A stretch of 64,000 nucleotides of DNA, from assembly GCA_964016885.1 (NCBI GenBank), contig OZ024742.1:75206001-75270000 (forward strand), read 5' to 3'. Source of the DNA: Eledone cirrhosa. Lineage: Eukaryota. Below, in pieces: positions 59,010 to 64,000 of the stretch; position 1 is the stretch's first letter; each line of letters starts with the position of its first letter. Position numbers and translations under genes: made by a program. A model generated the notes under the pieces. That model saw only the letters and a list, made by a program, of their open reading frames with translations. It searched no databases and was not told the origin of the DNA.

Positions 59010-59947
59010 ATGAAAGACGTAAAATAAGAAAATTATAAAAATTAACTTACTTACTAAAATTTCACTCCAACTAATTAGTTTCTGAAAGGAAATAAACATA
59101 GTTTCCGAAGAAACGTACGGAGAAGCCTTTCGTCATCAGGGAAGTCTATTCTCAGCTAAGTTTCCAGGCAATGCGTGGACACAGGGAACTTATACAAAAT
59201 AATTCAGTGGATGGAAAAAAGCAAAGCGAGGACTAAGTCCCAAGCCATTGAAAAAATCACTGCCTACTGCGTCGGTGGCAAATTCAAAAGAATCAATCAC
59301 GTGACATCGAGGTTAATCAGTGAGGAGTGATTTGTTAAGAAGACAGCAGCTGAACTGTTACTATGAACTATAGTAGCAGTTTTGGCCAATTTTGGCTCGA
59401 CAAAATAATTTGGAGGTAATTATAAAGAATTAGTATATCTACTAACATATATATACATATGCATACCTATGCCAGCAAATATATAGGTTTTGTCTTAGTA
59501 ACTTTGTGGTTCAATGCATGATTAACCTCGATGGCACGTGATTGATTCTTTTGAATTTGCCACCGACGCAGTAGGCAGTGATTTTTTTAATGGCTTGGAA
59601 CTTAGTGATCGCTTTGCTTTTTTCCATCCACTGAATTATTTTTGTATAAGTTCCCTGTGTCCACGCATTGCCTGGAAACTTAGCTGAGAATAGACTTCCC
59701 TGATGACGAAAGGCTTCTCCGTACGTTTCTTCGGAAACTATGTTTATTCCCTTTCAGAAACTAATTAGTTGGAGTGAAATTTTAGTAAGTAAGTTAATTT
59801 TTATAATTTTCTTATTTTACGTCTTTCATATTATTGTTCTGCATCCTCATGCATTGAACCACAAAGTTACTAAGACAAAACCTATATATTTGCTGGCATA
59901 GGTATGCATCTGTATATATATGTTAGTAGATATACTAATTCTTTATA
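59010..59947. mobile_element. Retrozyme-like element: two opposed, circularly permuted passes through a 530-bp non-coding unit
   Basis: 59010-59319 and 59519-59830 are inverted; 59421-59521 and 59847-59947 are inverted; HHRs at 59065-59143(-) and 59696-59774(+); (TA)n on both sides. Confidence 0.82.
59696..59774 (+). ncRNA. Hammerhead ribozyme with extended stem II (mirror at 59065-59143)
   Basis: ttcc-CTGATGA-cgaaagg...cctttca-GAAA-ctaattag-TT-ggag; palindromic stem III actaattagt. Confidence 0.83.
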
Positions 59948-60020
59948 TATACATATATATGTATATATATATGTATATATATATATATGTATATATATGT
60001 GTATACATATATATATATGT

Positions 60021-60155
<135 letters not shown>

Positions 60156-60488
60156 TATATATATATGTATATATGTATGTATATATCTATATTTATATAA
60201 TATACATATATTATATATGTATATATATATTCATATCATATACATATATCATATATGTATTTAACTCTCTCTGTATATGTATGTGTGTGTGTAATAGAAA
60301 GATAAAGAACAAAATGTGAAATTCAAATATATTTAATGGAACTAAACATTGCTACCTTTAGTTAGAAACTCAAATCTTTCTGATAAATATGTTGCGGGAA
60401 TATAATGCATTTTACTTTTATTGTTATCTTTTTGACAGATTATATTTATTTTATATTTTTAGATGATGTGATTATAGGACATGAAACA

Positions 60489-60596
60489 TTCTTCTTCTTC
60501 TTCTTCTTCTTCTTCTTCTTCTTCTTCTTCTTCTTCTTCTTCTTCTTCTTCTTCTTCTTCTTCTTCTTCTTCTTCTTCTTCTTCTTCTTCTTCTTC
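60489..60596. repeat. (TTC)n microsatellite
   Basis: Perfect trinucleotide run. Confidence 0.97.
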
Positions 60597-60796
60597 GAAA
60601 TCACCCAGCAGATAGGCAAATCATAGAGGCAAGTGAAATAGAACTTAGAAGGCCAAAGCTAAACAGAAAATATTGAATGGAATAACAACAACACCCAAAC
60701 AAACAATACTGACCTAAGAGAAAAATAAATAAATAAATAAACAGATTAAATAAAGATGGCGTAGATATACAAAACAACAGGAGGAACATAATAGCA

Positions 60797-60836
60797 CCAC
60801 TGATGATGTTGCAGATATGCAACGAAAGAACTTTGT
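60797..60836 (+). ncRNA. Hammerhead ribozyme, diverged relative of 58724-58768, within a repeat at about 60600-61070
   Basis: ca-CTGATGA-t-gttgca-gata-tgcaac-GAAA-g-aa-c-TT-tg; the downstream tgaccctcccaagtataacaata...cacacgatttca is shared with 58480-58545(-) and 58910-58933. Confidence 0.75.
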
Positions 60837-61134
60837 TAGACTATATATATGTGTTTATGTCTATATTTTTCACCGTTAGTCAGTCAATGGTAATCATTGA
60901 GGACCGAATGAATTAACTGATATAAAAGATACAGAAGCGAAAACCAACCAAACAGTGTGTGTGTTCTGTTATTAATTCTGGCAATATTATTACAACAATA
61001 TGACCCTCCCAAGTATAACAATATTTGTTTCGACACACGATTTCATATCAAAAACCTCGCAAAACAAATATATATATATATATATTTATATATATACTTA
61101 TATATATATACATATATATATATATACACATATA

Positions 61135-61209
<75 letters not shown>

Positions 61210-61518
61210 CCTTACACACTTATTGTATATATTGAGAGGGATGTGAGAGAGAATAATATCTATGTATTTATGTATGTATGTATCATTTTGAGAATTTTCC
61301 TTTCTAGATTACTTGTATATTATTTCGATGTAAATCAAACTGACATTAGAATAAAAATTCTATTATAGTTCTGATCAGCAAGCTAAAAGCGTACTGAAAA
61401 CTGGCTTAAATTTGTCTGTAAAGTTTCTACATCAGAATTATATGATGCAATTAAGTTTTGAATGAATGTGAAATAAAGTAAAATAAAGAAAACATTAAAA
61501 GTAATATTTAAAATTAAT

Positions 61519-61650
61519 ATTCTTCTTCTTCTTCTTCTTCTTCTTCTTCTTCTTCTTCTTCTTCTTCTTCTTCTTCTTCTTCTTCTTCTTCTTCTTCTTC
61601 TTCTTCTTCTTCTTCTTCTTCTTCTTCTTCTTCTTCTTCTTCTTCTTCTT

Positions 61651-61681
<31 letters not shown>

Positions 61682-61735
61682 TTATTATTATTATTATTAT
61701 TGCTGTTGTTGTAGTTGTTGTTGTTGATGTTGTTT
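61519..61735. repeat. (TTC)n-(ATT)n-(GTT)n compound microsatellite
   Basis: Direct reading. Confidence 0.97.
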
Positions 61736-61851
61736 TCATAAGGAAGAGAATACATACATATATATGTATATATGCATATATATTTGTATATGCCTATATA
61801 AATGAATATGTATATATATGTATGTATTTGTGTATGTGTTTATAATATACT

Positions 61852-61863
61852 ATAATAATAATG

Positions 61864-61939
<76 letters not shown>

Positions 61940-64000
61940 TTTCTTTATTGGCCACAAGGGCTGACATCAAGAAAAACATTACAGACGGCACAGGACGGTA
62001 CAATGTGGGTTTTGTGCGTGTAAATATTTTTATTATTTATATAAGAAAAGAAAAAAAAGGACATAAAACATATATATATATATAAACAATAAAAATGAAA
62101 ATTGAAACAATGAAAAATTCCCCAGTAGGGGGGAAGCCTCCGAGGGTTACACGTGGCGAAAACGACACAAAAGACCACGGCCACCCTGACCACAAGGGCA
62201 AGCGCCCTCTCTCAATTTTTCCATCCCTCAAACTACAGACGCATATTCAGAGTGGTCCCGTTCACTCGGACCATTCTCGCTACATTCACCCACCTTTCAA
62301 CAAACTTGCTAGAAAGCAGCACTTGCCTCTCCACCCTGATTTTCCTCTTCAAGTGAAACTTGAAAAAGTTAATTAGGGATTCGCCGAAGAGGAAAATATT
62401 TGTCTTTAACCCTTTTAACCATGTCCACCACACAATCTCTTTCGCCATGGCCACCAGGCAGAAGAAAACCGCCTGCCCTTGCTCCTCGAAGGAAGACGGC
62501 GAGACCATCTGCACAATGAACTCAGTCGACAACCGGATCAGTCCTACACGTGACAGCAACTGTCCGACATAGCTCCACAAGTCAGCAATGCTTGGGCTCT
62601 GAACGAGTGCGTGCACAACGGTTTCGTCGCTCTGCGCGCATCTCTGACAGGCTCGGCTGACGGCACCTCCGTGCCTGTAGAGCTTATCTCGAACCGGCAG
62701 CGCTCCCCGATAGCACTGCCAGGCCAGGGATTTTTGGAAGTTATCCATAGGCCCCGGGCTGAAAGTTCTCCAGAAGAGAGCAAGCAGCTGATCTTCTTTG
62801 ACGCCCAGGATCTCTCCGAGAATGTCGTCGCTCTGCCCCTCCACTAGTCCTCTCTAGAAAGCCGAGGTGGATGTTCCGCCGATACTGGTGCCCAACGGGG
62901 AGAGGGCAGTGAGCGCCTGGAGACATTCCAGTTTCCAAGCGCTATCCCTCGGTCTTTTTCTGACCCAGGACTGCAGCTCCGCCAAGGAGACGAGCTGTGG
63001 GAAAACGTGCCTGGCGAACGGCGACCACACCCGTTCACCATCAAGGAAGCACCAGAGATGTCGCAGCCTCAGCGCATGTTTGCGCATCATCAGCCATGGC
63101 ATGCCCAGTCCTCCACGCAACGGGTGTTGACAGCAGATGGATCGTCTGACAATGGGAGCGCGTCCCTTCCACAAAAATCGGAAGAGGAGGCGCTCCATTT
63201 TGGTGAGAGTTGGGCTGGAGCAAGGTACGACGCTGAGGCGGTAGCAGATGACGGATGCGATGTACGCATTCGCCACTTCCGCCTGGCCTTTCAGGGACAG
63301 CTTCCTCTCAGCCCATTTCTGGGTGAGGGAAGCCACCCTGCTCGTCACCTCGTTCCAGTTTTTCTCCATCTGACGGTCCGGTCCGAACCAGACCCCGAGC
63401 AATTTAACCGGTCCGTCCAACGCCCCACGACGCTGTCGGACTGCATGGACTTGCCTCTCCAGGTGCCGAGCTGCAAGCCCACAGCCTTTTCCTGGCTTAT
63501 CTTTGCTTCTGTCACCGCTTCGTATTCCTTGAGAGCGGTGCCGAGCATCTGGACGTGTCTGGTGCTCGACACCACCACGGTGACGTCGTCAGCGTAAGCC
63601 GCCTCGGATTTCCCGCATCCTAGTTCGCGTGGGACGCCCCTCATCGACCCCAGTTTGTGCAGTAACGGCTCGAGAGCCAACACGTACAAGAGGGACGAGA
63701 GGGGACAACCCTGGCGGACTGAGCGCATGATGCTGAACGGCTGCGACAGGTGACCATTCACCCTCACAATTGAGCAGATGTCGCTGTACATTGCTGCGAA
63801 CCAACCCCTGAAAACGGGCCCGAAACCGGCTGCATCGAGGACCGCCGCCAAGTACCGATGGTCGACCCTATCGAATGCTTTGGATTGATTCAAGTTGATC
63901 AGGGCCCCACCCTTGCCAGGTCCCTTAACCACCCTCTCTATGATGTATCGCACGAGGTGGAGGTTGTCGTGTATGGATCTATCCGGAATGGCGCATGTCT
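61852..64000 (-). mobile_element. Tx1/L1-clade LINE, sister family, with (ATT)n tail; runs off the window end
   Basis: RT (NQSKAFDRVDH, RQGCPLS, AYADD; 63345-63953), C-terminal pieces 62854-63420 and 62233-62844 (CQRC...HALVQ); 3' end cccttgtggccaataaagaaat followed by the tail at 61852-61939. Confidence 0.93.

Overview
Eukaryotic, AT-rich animal DNA saturated with microsatellites. The SINE at 5.7 kb and the mariner end at 27.1 kb resemble repeats I recall from Octopus genomes; this is an inference, not a search result. No host protein-coding gene could be recognised, and most ORFs in the track are translated (TA)n/(CA)n repeats or antisense shadows of retroelements. The window is a nest of decayed retrotransposons: Penelope-like elements (PLEs; RT plus GIY-YIG) of at least three types (Neptune-like, Nematis-like, Naiad-like RT), four Tx1/L1-clade LINE copies, and one RTE LINE with an 11-bp TSD and a twin-priming-type 5' inversion. 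The main hidden signal is RNA structure. About 27 type-I hammerhead ribozyme (HHR) motifs from about 15 sequence families were read by eye on both strands. They lie in PLE terminal repeats and in small non-coding, mostly (TA)n-flanked, fold-back elements. Two of these have tandem or circularly permuted monomers of about 330 and 530 nt, as expected of retrozyme-like circular-RNA parasites mobilised by PLEs. Coordinates were counted by hand and may be off by a few bases.
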